A DNA stretch of 64,000 bases from Alphaproteobacteria bacterium (GTDB lineage Bacteria; Pseudomonadota; Alphaproteobacteria; UBA7985), in NCBI GenBank assembly GCA_965229645.1, contig OZ245893.1:770529-834528 (forward strand), given 5' to 3'. Below the pieces are notes generated by a model. It worked only from the letters and a program-made list of their open reading frames with translations, was not told where the DNA came from and ran no database searches. Of the stretch, positions 31,534 to 40,531 are shown piece by piece (the first letter of the stretch is position 1; every line of letters begins with the position of its first letter). A program made the translations under genes and the position numbers.

Positions 31534-31854
31534 GGTGTTGCCTTCAAATATGTTTATTCGCGCCCGTTCTTGGGCTTGTTTCTATGAGCCTTTCATAGGG
31601 CAAATCAAGGCGCATGGTTAGCGAATTCGCGTCAGTTGAATCATGAAGTGCCGTCGCTCAAAAGTCGATAAATTGGCAGCAAAAACCTGGAAACAGGGAA
31701 TTTTGCCAGATTTCGTACAAATCGGGGGATTTTGCGGGGGATTCGGGGGTTTTCACGGGCCCGAAACCCTTATTCTAGGCGGACTTTTGGCAAGTTTCCT
31801 GTTATTCGGAAAAAATCCCTGTTAACTCGGTTTTGCCGCCTGTTTTGGGGCCGT

Positions 31855-32703
31855 TCATTTGGATAAATCCCTATAGAACTCGGGCCGTCGGTCGCGAAAC
31901 AGACCCCAGGCCGCGCGGTCTTGACGGATCGTTTCGAGGTCAAATGTTGCCTGGGTCACCCCTGGTGCCTCGTCGCATTGGGCGACAATCGCGCCCTTGT
32001 GGTCGGCGATGAAGCTGTGCCCGTAAAAGGTCAGGTCCGCGCCGACCGTTTCGCGCCCGACCCGATTGGCCGCCGCGACGATGGACATGTTGGCCGCGGC
32101 GTGCCCCTGCATGGTGCGTTGCCAATGCGCCCGCGAGTGCAGCTGCGGGGCCGCAGGTTCTGACCCGATGGCGGTGGGATAGAGCAAGATGTCCGCGCCT
32201 TGGAGGGCCATGGCGCGCGCGGCCTCGGGAAACCATTGGTCCCAGCAGACGCCGACCCCGATGCGTCCCTTTGCGGTCTGCCAAGTGCGGAACCCCGTGT
32301 TGCCAGGGGTGAAGTAGAATTTTTCCTGATAGCCTGGGCCGTCGGGAATATGGGTCTTGCGATAGAGCCCCAGGACGGTGCCATCGGCGTCGATCATGGC
32401 AAGCGAATTGAAGAACTGCCGCGGCGTGCGCTCAAAAAAACTGATCGGCAGCACCACGCCAAGGTCCTTGGCGAGTTGGGCGAACCGCGCGATCAGCGGA
32501 TGGCCCTCAAAGGGTTTGGCCAAAGCAAAGTGGTCGGGGTTCTGTTCGCTGCAAAAATACGGCGTCTCGAACAGTTCCTGCAGCAAGACCAGGTCGGCGC
32601 CTTCCGACGCCGCCACGCGAACCAGCGCCTCGGCCTTCGCAAGATTGTTCTCCAGGTTCCAAGAACAGGCCATTTGGGTGACCGCCACCGTCACGTGCGT
32701 CAT
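31855..32703 (-). CDS. Carbon-nitrogen hydrolase (N-carbamoylputrescine amidase / beta-ureidopropionase-like)
   Basis: Start MTHVTVAVTQ. Nitrilase-superfamily Glu-Lys-Cys triad context (CWDQWFPE). Confidence 0.7.
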   Translation of the reverse strand: MTHVTVAVTQMACSWNLENNLAKAEALVRVAASEGADLVLLQELFETPYFCSEQNPDHFALAKPFEGHPLIARFAQLAKDLGVVLPISFFERTPRQFFNSLAMIDADGTVLGLYRKTHIPDGPGYQEKFYFTPGNTGFRTWQTAKGRIGVGVCWDQWFPEAARAMALQGADILLYPTAIGSEPAAPQLHSRAHWQRTMQGHAAANMSIVAAANRVGRETVGADLTFYGHSFIADHKGAIVAQCDEAPGVTQATFDLETIRQDRAAWGLFRDRRPEFYRDLSK

Positions 32704-33479
32704 GGCGCGTCCCTGATGTCTGCGAGGATGCCAAAGAGCTCCTGCTGCGAACCGATGTCCAGTTTGCGGTAAAGCGAGCGGCGATGGACCTTGACCGTGT
32801 GCATGGAAATCCCGAGGTTCAAGCCGATGGAGCGGCTGGAATGGCCCTGGACGATGTGCGCCGCGACCTCGGCCTCCCGCGCTGTTACGGGTTTGGACAT
32901 GGCTTGGCAACGATCCTGAAAGCGCTGCTCAAGCGGGGTGGAATGGGCCTTGATGTGCCTCGTTGGTTGGTCCAACATGTCGAACAGTTTGGGAACCAGG
33001 ACCGTCGATAGCTGCGTAAAGGATTTAAGGTCGCGCGCGCTAAAGCGGCGCTGCCCGCGCCCGCGGCCTAGGGACAGGTGCAAGACCGCGCGCTGGTTCA
33101 GGGGACTTAGCAAGCCCATATCATCGACCATGAAAGTAGCGCTGAAATAGGAATCGTAGTAGCGGCTGCTTTCAAACCGATCAGGCGCGATGTCGCGCAG
33201 CAAGAAACACTGGCTGCGGTCGATTTTCCAGGAGTGGAGGTAGAACGGGTCCAGCAAAAAGCCAAAATCGACGTAGGACTTATCGAAGGTTTGGCGCAGG
33301 TCGGGATCGGGGATCCATCGGAACAGAATTTCTGGTTTCATGTCCTGTTCAAAGCGCATGAGCAAGACCGACTGGGCCTGGAAACGATCGCGCAAGTACG
33401 GGACCACCAAGGCCTGAAAGTCGGTCAGATGCCGCGCCGCGACCAACTTGCCGAAGAAGTCGTACTCAGTTGTGTTCAT
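32700..33479 (-). CDS. LuxR-family transcriptional regulator (C-terminal HTH, N-terminal ligand-binding-like domain)
   Basis: C-terminal LTAREAEVAAHIVQGHSSRSIGLNLGISMHTVKVHRRSLYRKLD. Stop overlaps the hydrolase start. Confidence 0.7.
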   Translation of the reverse strand: MNTTEYDFFGKLVAARHLTDFQALVVPYLRDRFQAQSVLLMRFEQDMKPEILFRWIPDPDLRQTFDKSYVDFGFLLDPFYLHSWKIDRSQCFLLRDIAPDRFESSRYYDSYFSATFMVDDMGLLSPLNQRAVLHLSLGRGRGQRRFSARDLKSFTQLSTVLVPKLFDMLDQPTRHIKAHSTPLEQRFQDRCQAMSKPVTAREAEVAAHIVQGHSSRSIGLNLGISMHTVKVHRRSLYRKLDIGSQQELFGILADIRDAP

Positions 33480-33515
33480 TGACCGACGCCCACATGATCT
33501 TCCCCCATCGCAGTG

Positions 33516-33552
33516 CCAGATTTTTGATCTGGCTATACCCCTTTAGGGGTAT
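33516..33552. promoter_or_regulatory. Two adjacent palindromic candidate operator sites in the LuxR / ABC-transporter divergent promoter region
   Basis: CCAGAT-ttttg-ATCTGG (33516-33532) and the near-perfect ATACCCCT-tt-AGGGGTAT (33535-33552). Confidence 0.4.
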
Positions 33553-33646
33553 TGGTTTTTTAATTGAACCCTCTAAGCCCTGAGCGAGGAGCGAAACCTA
33601 TGGAGCAGAGCCAAGACGCCTTGGGCGTTTCTGAACATCGAGTCCC

Positions 33647-34735
33647 ATGACGTCAGGTCAGGCAACCGAGCCTGCCGCGAGGTCGAACGCCACTGCGGCG
33701 GTCGGAATCGAGGACCTGCAAAAGGTCTATCCTGGCCCGCCGCCCGTCGAGGCGCTGGTGCGGGCCAACCTAGAGATCCAGGACAACGAATTTTTTACCC
33801 TGCTCGGCCCCTCGGGCTGCGGCAAAACGACGCTGCTGCGCCTGATCGCGGGGTTTGAGACGCCCACCCGCGGCGCGCTGACTTTGTTCGGGGAGCCGAT
33901 TGTGCATCTGCCGCCCGAGGCGCGGCCCGTGAATACGGTGTTCCAGCATTACGCCCTGTTCCCGCACATGAGCGTGCTGGAAAACATCGCCTTTGGCCTG
34001 CGCCGCCTCGGGCGCACGCGCGCGCACGCCGACAAGACGGCCCAAGACATGCTCGACCTAGTGCAACTGCAGGATTTTGGCGCGCGCAAGCCCGGCCAGC
34101 TGTCGGGCGGTCAGCAGCAACGCGTCGCCCTGGCGCGGGCGCTGGCCCCGCACCCCAAGGTGCTGCTGCTCGACGAGCCCCTATCGGCCCTCGACCTCAA
34201 ATTGCGGCAGTCCATGCGCTCAGAACTAAAGCGCCTGCAGCAAGAAACCGGCATCACCTTCGTGTTCGTGACCCACGATCAGGACGAGGCCCTGGCCATG
34301 TCCGACCGCATCGCCGTCATGTCGGCGGGGGAAATCCAACAAGTCGGCGACCCGAGCCGCGTCTATGAGCATCCCGAAAATCGCTTCGTCGCCGAGTTTA
34401 TCGGGGACGCTAATTTTATAGAGGCTGAGGCCCTGGGCGGGACCGCCTATGCCCTGGCAGGCGGCGCGAAGCTCGAAGGACCCGAGCAAGCCCCTGGTCC
34501 CGTCACGCTGTTTTTCCGCCCCGAGAAGGCCAGCTTTGCCGACCAAGGGTTGGCGGGCGAAGTGCGCGAGATTCTCTACATGGGCGGCAGCACCGACTAT
34601 AGCGTGGCCTTGCAAGCGGGCGAGCGCGTGCGCGTGCGCACCGAAAATCGCGCCGACGGCGCGGCGCGCGCGCAGATCGGCGACCAGGTACAGGTCCGCA
34701 TCGCGCCTGCGGCGGTTCGGGTGCTGGCGCGATGA
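33647..34735 (+). CDS. ABC transporter ATP-binding protein, PotA-like (polyamine/opine type)
   Basis: Walker A GPSGCGKTT, LSGGQQQRV signature, C-terminal TOBE-like domain. Confidence 0.8.
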   Translation: MTSGQATEPAARSNATAAVGIEDLQKVYPGPPPVEALVRANLEIQDNEFFTLLGPSGCGKTTLLRLIAGFETPTRGALTLFGEPIVHLPPEARPVNTVFQHYALFPHMSVLENIAFGLRRLGRTRAHADKTAQDMLDLVQLQDFGARKPGQLSGGQQQRVALARALAPHPKVLLLDEPLSALDLKLRQSMRSELKRLQQETGITFVFVTHDQDEALAMSDRIAVMSAGEIQQVGDPSRVYEHPENRFVAEFIGDANFIEAEALGGTAYALAGGAKLEGPEQAPGPVTLFFRPEKASFADQGLAGEVREILYMGGSTDYSVALQAGERVRVRTENRADGAARAQIGDQVQVRIAPAAVRVLAR

Positions 34736-35622
34736 CGGCGCTGGCCCGCGCCGTGCGCGCCTATGCAGGCGTGATCCCCGCCAGCCTCATGATCGGCCTG
34801 TTCATGATCGTCCCGATCCTGATCATCCTGGTCTATTCGTTTTTGGCACCTGGCGACTACGGCGGGGTCAGGGCCGAATTTTCGCTCGCGGCCTACCAAA
34901 AACTGCTCTACCAACGGAACCTGTTCGACCAGCTGGAGTTTAATCCTGCCTATCTGCAGATCACCTTTCGCTCGCTCTGGGTCGCCACCGTCGCCGTGGT
35001 CGGGTGCCTCCTGATCGGGTTTCCCGTCGCCTACTATATCGCGGGGCAACCCGAACAGCGCCGCAATACGCTGCTGCTGCTGATTACGATTCCGTTTTGG
35101 ACGAATCTTCTGATCCGCACCTACTGCTGGATCCTCGTGCTGCGCGATACGGGATTGATCAACAACGCCCTGATCGGCAGCGGCTTGATCGACGAACCCC
35201 TGACCTTGCTCTATACCGAAGGGGCGATCGCGCTGGGGCTAATCTATACCTACATCCCGTTCATGGTCTTGCCGATCTATGCGGCCTTGGAGCGGGTGGA
35301 CCTGCGCCTGATCGAGGCCTCGCGCGACCTCTATTGCAGCCGATGGAGCGCGCTGCGCTTTGTGGTGATCCCGCTCGCCATGCCAGGCCTGATTGCGGGC
35401 GCGATTCTGGTCTTCATCCCCGCCCTCGGCGCCTTCATCGCGCCCGATATGCTGGGCGGTGGTAAGAATTTGATGCTGGGGTCCTTGGTGCAACTGCAAT
35501 TTTCCAGCGCGCGCAATTGGCCCTTTGGGTCGGCGCTTGCCATGGTGCTGATGGCCGCGGTGCTGCTCTGCCTCCTGGCCTATGCCCGCAATGCCCGACG
35601 CGGCGGGGGCGGACACCCATGA
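34732..35622 (+). CDS. ABC transporter permease, PotB-like
   Basis: About six TM segments and an EAA-like loop. Overlaps its neighbours. Confidence 0.75.
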   Translation: MTALARAVRAYAGVIPASLMIGLFMIVPILIILVYSFLAPGDYGGVRAEFSLAAYQKLLYQRNLFDQLEFNPAYLQITFRSLWVATVAVVGCLLIGFPVAYYIAGQPEQRRNTLLLLITIPFWTNLLIRTYCWILVLRDTGLINNALIGSGLIDEPLTLLYTEGAIALGLIYTYIPFMVLPIYAALERVDLRLIEASRDLYCSRWSALRFVVIPLAMPGLIAGAILVFIPALGAFIAPDMLGGGKNLMLGSLVQLQFSSARNWPFGSALAMVLMAAVLLCLLAYARNARRGGGGHP

Positions 35623-36401
35623 CCCGCGATATGCGCTGGCTGCCTGGGTTCAACTGGATCACCCTCGCCTTCTTCCTGTTTCTCTACCTGCCCCTGATCA
35701 TCTTGGTGGTCTTTTCCTTCAACGACTCGCGCTCGGCAACCGTATGGAGCGGCTTTTCGCTCGACTGGTATGCCAAGGCCTTCGCCAACGACGACATCCA
35801 GCGGGCGACGAAAAACAGCCTGGTGATCGCCCTATGCGCCACCGTGGGTGCCACCCTGATCGCGACCATGGCCGCCCTCGCGCTCGGCCGCAGCCGCCTG
35901 ATCCAGCGCAAAGCCCTATTCTCTGGGGCGCTGATCTTGCCGCTCATGATCCCCGAGATCGTGACGGCGGTGGCGACCTTGACGTTTTTTTCGACCCTTG
36001 GGCTCGCGCTCGGCATCGGCAACATCATCATCGCGCATACGGTGTTTTGCATTCCCTTTGCTTACCTACCGATCCGCGCGCGGCTGGAAGGCATGGACGA
36101 AGGGCTGGAAGTCGCTGCCGCCGATCTTTACGCCAGCAAGTGGCAGACCCTGCGCCGCATTACCCTGCCCTTGCTTGCGCCTGGGATCGTGTCGGGCGCG
36201 ATGCTCGCCTTCATTATTTCCCTTGACGATTTCATCATTACCCTCATGGTGGCCGATGCAGGGTCCACAACGCTGCCGATCTATATCTACAGCCTTGTGC
36301 GCATCGGCATTACACCCGAGGTTAACGCCATCTCGACCGTTCTTTTGGGGGTTTCGATCCTCATTGTCACCGTGTCCTACCTGATTGGAAACAAGAAGTG
36401 A
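35619..36401 (+). CDS. ABC transporter permease, PotC-like
   Basis: Start MTRDMRWL (ATGA overlap with the previous gene). About six TM segments. Confidence 0.75.
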   Translation: MTRDMRWLPGFNWITLAFFLFLYLPLIILVVFSFNDSRSATVWSGFSLDWYAKAFANDDIQRATKNSLVIALCATVGATLIATMAALALGRSRLIQRKALFSGALILPLMIPEIVTAVATLTFFSTLGLALGIGNIIIAHTVFCIPFAYLPIRARLEGMDEGLEVAAADLYASKWQTLRRITLPLLAPGIVSGAMLAFIISLDDFIITLMVADAGSTTLPIYIYSLVRIGITPEVNAISTVLLGVSILIVTVSYLIGNKK

Positions 36402-36433
36402 GGGCACAATCCCAAACCTTAAAGGAGGTATCC

Positions 36434-37456
36434 ATGAAAAACCTATCCATTTCCTTATTGGCCCTATCCTGTGCCAGCGGGGTCGCCGCCGCAGAGGGCG
36501 ACCTGTTCCTTTACAACTGGACCGACTATACGGCACCCGATTTGATCGAGAAGTTTGAGGCCGAAACGGGCATTTCCGTGACGCTCGACACCTACGATTC
36601 CAACGAGACCTTGCTGGCCAAATTGCAAGCGGGCGCGACGGGCTACGACATCGTGGTACCATCGCACAATTTCGTGGAAATCATGGTCGGCGAAGGACTG
36701 CTGCAGCCGATCAACGCCGCTGACCTCGCGGGCTACGACAATCTGAACGCGGACTTCACCAGCCCGTCGTGGGACGAGAACAATGCCTACACCGTTCCCT
36801 GGCAGTGGGGCACCACTTCCTTCACCGTCAATACGGACGTGTTTGGCGGCGATATCAATACCTACGAGGTGCTGTTCCAACCGCCTGAAGAACTGCAAGG
36901 CAAGATCGGCATGTTCAAGTCGCCTGACGAGGTCATATCGATGGCGCTGATTTCGCTCGGTCTGCCGTTGTGCAACGAAAACCCTGAGGACATGCAGCAG
37001 GTGCTGGAGCTGCTCGAAAGCCAAAAGCCCCATGTCAAAACCTACAACTCGGACGGGATTTTGGAGCGGCTGGTGTCGGGCGATACGGCGGTGCATCAGA
37101 ACTGGAACGGCTATTCGATCCGCGCGCGCGATGAGAATGCCGCCATGCAGTACGCCTTCCCCAAGGAAGGGGTAATTGCCTGGGCCGACAATGTTGCGGT
37201 GCCAGTCGGCGCGCCCAACTACGACAACGCGATCAAGTTCATCGAGTTCCTCATGGACCCGCAGAACATCGCCGTGCAGTCCAACTTCGCAGGCTACTCC
37301 AACGGCATCACGGGATCCGAGGCCTATATGGACGAGGCGCTGAAGGCGGCGCACGAGTTGTCTCCGCCCGCAGGCACACCGCTCGTGTTCTCGCAAACTT
37401 GCTCGCCCACTGCGGTTGATTTGCAAAACCGTGTTTGGACGGCTCTGCTTCAGTAG
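36434..37456 (+). CDS. ABC transporter periplasmic substrate-binding protein, PotD/PotF-like
   Basis: Start MKNLSISLLALSCASGVAA, preceded by AAGGAGG. Paralogous to the 9162..10235 product. Confidence 0.75.
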   Translation: MKNLSISLLALSCASGVAAAEGDLFLYNWTDYTAPDLIEKFEAETGISVTLDTYDSNETLLAKLQAGATGYDIVVPSHNFVEIMVGEGLLQPINAADLAGYDNLNADFTSPSWDENNAYTVPWQWGTTSFTVNTDVFGGDINTYEVLFQPPEELQGKIGMFKSPDEVISMALISLGLPLCNENPEDMQQVLELLESQKPHVKTYNSDGILERLVSGDTAVHQNWNGYSIRARDENAAMQYAFPKEGVIAWADNVAVPVGAPNYDNAIKFIEFLMDPQNIAVQSNFAGYSNGITGSEAYMDEALKAAHELSPPAGTPLVFSQTCSPTAVDLQNRVWTALLQ

Positions 37457-37501
37457 CTCCTTAATTTAGGCGGCGGGGCCTGTGCCCCGCCGCTGTACCC
37501 T

Positions 37502-39175
37502 ATGATCTCGCTTGTGATCTTCAATGCCCGCGTCCTAACCATGGCGCGGGACACCCCCGTGGCGCAGGCGGTGGCGATTGCGGGCGACCGTATCGCCGCC
37601 GTCGGCAGCACCGCGGACATGCGGGCGCTCGCGACCCCAGGGACGCGCCAGATCGACGCGGGCGGGCGCACGGTCTTGCCTGGGTTCATCGACAGCCATG
37701 TGCATCTGTTCCAGGGTTCGGCAGAACTGGACTTCCTGCCCGTCGGCGGCCTCAGCAATTTGACCCATGTGGTACCCAAGGTGCAAGCCTATGTCCTTGA
37801 TCGGCCCGACGAGCCGCTGGTGCTCGGCGTCGGCGCGTTCTACGATCTGTTTTTGGGGACCGACGCCGACCCGCGCCACCTCCTGGATCGGATCCTGCCC
37901 GACCGCCCCTTCGCCCTGCTGGCGGCGGATCTCCATACCCTGTGGGCCAATACCCGCGCGCTCGATCGTGCGGGGCTGCTGCACGGGGCGGACATGCCCG
38001 AGGGCTCCACCGTGGTCATGGGCGCCGACGGCTGCGCCACGGGCACCCTGCTCGAAACCGGGGCCTTCGGCCCCGTCTTGGCGCTGTCGCGCACAGGCGG
38101 GCGCGATATGCTCGGCTACGTAACGGGCAAGGACCCCGACCCGCCCGCCACCGCCGCTGAGCGCGCGGCAGACAAGGACATGCTGGTCAAGGGCCTCGGG
38201 CATGTTGCCCAGCACGGCATCACGACGCTGCACAATATGGACGGCAACTTCTACCAGTTGGAATTGCTCAGCGAACTGGAAGCCCAAGGCCGCTTGACGG
38301 CGCGGGTGCAAGTCCCGTTTCACCTCAAGAACTTCGATCCCCTCGACCGCCTGGAGGAGGCCGCCGCCATGCACGCCCAATACCGGGGCGCCAAAGTTTG
38401 GTCGGGCCGAGTCAAGATGTTCATGGACGGGGTCATGGAAAGCCGCACCGCGCTCAAGTCCAAAGCCTATCCCGACGCGCCGACCCGCCAGGGCGAGGCC
38501 CTGTTCGCGCCCGATCACTTCAACGAAGCCTGCCGCCGCGCCGACGCGCTGGGCCTGCAAATCAGCGTCCATGCCGTCGGCGATCTCGCGGTCACGCGCG
38601 TGCTCGACGGCTACGAAGCCGCCCGCACCGCCAACGGCCCGCGCGACGCGCGCCATCGCGTTGAGCACATCGAACTGATCACCGACGCAGATCTGGTACG
38701 GATGCGGCGCTTAGACGTGGTCGCCTCCATGCAGCCGCGCCACGCCGCCTTCGCAGGGTTCTTCGAGCCCCCGCAGCCGAACACGATCTTGTTCGACCAC
38801 GAATGCGCGCGCGCCTACGCCTGGCAAACGATTCGGGAACGGGGCATCACGCTGGCCTTCTCAACCGACTGGCCCGTCGTGCCCGTCCATGTGTTGGCGA
38901 ACATCCAAAGCGCCGTCGCCCCCTTGGACTTGGGGCCTGGATGGCCCGATCAGCGCCAATCGCTCATGGATACCTTGCGCAGCTACACGGCCATGAACGC
39001 CTGGCTCGGCTTTCAGGAAGGCCACACGGGCCAGATTCGGCAGGGCTTGGCGGCGGACCTGGTGGTCTTGGACGGTTCGATTGAGGACACGGCCCCGACG
39101 CAGATCGGCGATCTCGGCGTTGCGTTGACCTTGTGCGATGGTCGGGTGACTTATGATGGGGGTCGGGTGACTTGA
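37502..39175 (+). CDS. Metal-dependent amidohydrolase (Amidohydro_3-like family)
   Basis: GFIDSHVHLF metal-binding start of the barrel. 557 aa. The last ~130 codons are duplicated at 44297-44697. Confidence 0.7.
   Translation: MISLVIFNARVLTMARDTPVAQAVAIAGDRIAAVGSTADMRALATPGTRQIDAGGRTVLPGFIDSHVHLFQGSAELDFLPVGGLSNLTHVVPKVQAYVLDRPDEPLVLGVGAFYDLFLGTDADPRHLLDRILPDRPFALLAADLHTLWANTRALDRAGLLHGADMPEGSTVVMGADGCATGTLLETGAFGPVLALSRTGGRDMLGYVTGKDPDPPATAAERAADKDMLVKGLGHVAQHGITTLHNMDGNFYQLELLSELEAQGRLTARVQVPFHLKNFDPLDRLEEAAAMHAQYRGAKVWSGRVKMFMDGVMESRTALKSKAYPDAPTRQGEALFAPDHFNEACRRADALGLQISVHAVGDLAVTRVLDGYEAARTANGPRDARHRVEHIELITDADLVRMRRLDVVASMQPRHAAFAGFFEPPQPNTILFDHECARAYAWQTIRERGITLAFSTDWPVVPVHVLANIQSAVAPLDLGPGWPDQRQSLMDTLRSYTAMNAWLGFQEGHTGQIRQGLAADLVVLDGSIEDTAPTQIGDLGVALTLCDGRVTYDGGRVT
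38773..39162 (+). repeat. Left copy of a ~390-bp imperfect direct repeat (3' end of the amidohydrolase gene); att-like boundary of the integrase islet
   Basis: About 97% identical to 44297..44687 over the whole length. Identity ends at 39162, followed by a 12-bp local duplication GTCGGGTGACTT (39141-39152 and 39163-39174). Confidence 0.7.
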
Positions 39176-39256
39176 TCTGATATGCGCGGCTGCGTTGATT
39201 TTGACGACGGCGGCTGCTGAAGGTCCAAGCAAGGTTGGGTGAACATTTCATGCTGA

Positions 39257-39469
39257 ATGCTGCGACTGTTCACAGGATGGCGTTTGGCTAGAAGACTGAA
39301 GTCACCCGAAGATACGAGACTCCTTAGATTTCCGCCCTCCGCGCGAGAACTCAACTCTATGGAAAACGTCTGGCCGAATCCACAAGCCAACAACCGCTCG
39401 GCAACCGTTTTCGAACGTTGCGATGACATTCTCCAAAGCGTGCACGTCATGGAGCTTCTCGGCAAATGA
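39257..39469 (+). pseudogene. Remnant of an IS630/Tc1-family transposase C-terminus
   Basis: Translation FPPSARELNSMENVWPNPQANNRSATVFERCDDIL matches the conserved LPPYSP(E/D)LNPIENVW...N...F C-terminal block of IS630 transposases. No catalytic upstream part is present. Confidence 0.5.
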
Positions 39470-39606
39470 CCTGGAGCGCATAGAATCAATAGCCGCGCGT
39501 AGATGAGCAACGGTCGTCTGATTTTTGCACTGGAGTTGCGCACAAGGTGGGTCGCGCATCGACTTCTCGTGCAAGGGAGCGAACACCTACAAAATGGAGT
39601 TCCCCA

Positions 39607-40506
39607 ATGTCAGAATTCACTGAACAAATTACAACCTATCTCACCCATTGTGAAAGATCGCGCAGTCTAAGCCCCCACTCCCTTAGGGCCTATGCGCAAG
39701 ACTTGTTTGATTTTCTCTCCTTCAGAGCTGTGCACGACAAAGAAGATGCAGTAAAACCAGAAACCCTTATCGATTACGTATATCACTTAAGACATGATCG
39801 TAATCTTAAACCAGCTACGGTGCGCAGAAGGCTGACTTGTGTTCGCGCGATGTTGCTTTGGACTTATCAAGACAACTCAGCGCTTTGTTCCAGAATTCGA
39901 GAACAAGACCTTGAACTGCGAGTTCCAAAAACCCTACCCAAGCCCATAGAGCGGCAAGACATACGGCATATTCTGCAAATTGGCGAAACAGTTTTATCCA
40001 AGTCAACCTGGAAACAAACTGCTCTGCTCATACGTCTCATTGTCGCAACAGGACTCAGGATCAGCGAAATTCTCAACATCAAACTCAAAGATGTTAGCAC
40101 CGACGGCAGAACAATCCGCGTGATGGGTAAAGGGAGCCGTGAGCGCACGGTTTACGTGGTCAATATCGATGTTCTCCAAGAGTTTACTGAAATGCTCTGC
40201 GGTAGGCAGAACCACAATCCAAATGATCACGTGTTTCAGAATGCCTGGGGTCGGCCTCTAAGTGCAAGCGCATTTCGAAAACGCCTAAAGGACTTGACAT
40301 CCAGGCCAAATGTGCCGGCGCATCTATCTCCACATAAGCTTCGACACTCCGCGGCAACCCTGCTGATTGAGGAAGGGGTGGATATTCGCTTGATTCAAAG
40401 GTTGCTTGGTCATGCCAGTATCGCGACTACGGAACTCTATACCAAGGTTACCGACACATCTCTCCGCGCAGCGCTTGAGTGTGCGGACACAATTTCAACG
40501 ATTTAG
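39607..40506 (+). CDS. Tyrosine-type site-specific recombinase/integrase (XerC/D-like fold)
   Basis: Start MSEFTEQ. Catalytic residues in GLRISEIL, HKLRHSAAT and LLGHASIATTELYTKV. Intermediate GC. Confidence 0.8.
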   Translation: MSEFTEQITTYLTHCERSRSLSPHSLRAYAQDLFDFLSFRAVHDKEDAVKPETLIDYVYHLRHDRNLKPATVRRRLTCVRAMLLWTYQDNSALCSRIREQDLELRVPKTLPKPIERQDIRHILQIGETVLSKSTWKQTALLIRLIVATGLRISEILNIKLKDVSTDGRTIRVMGKGSRERTVYVVNIDVLQEFTEMLCGRQNHNPNDHVFQNAWGRPLSASAFRKRLKDLTSRPNVPAHLSPHKLRHSAATLLIEEGVDIRLIQRLLGHASIATTELYTKVTDTSLRAALECADTISTI

Positions 40507-40531
40507 AGAGGAGTGGCGATAACAAAGAATT

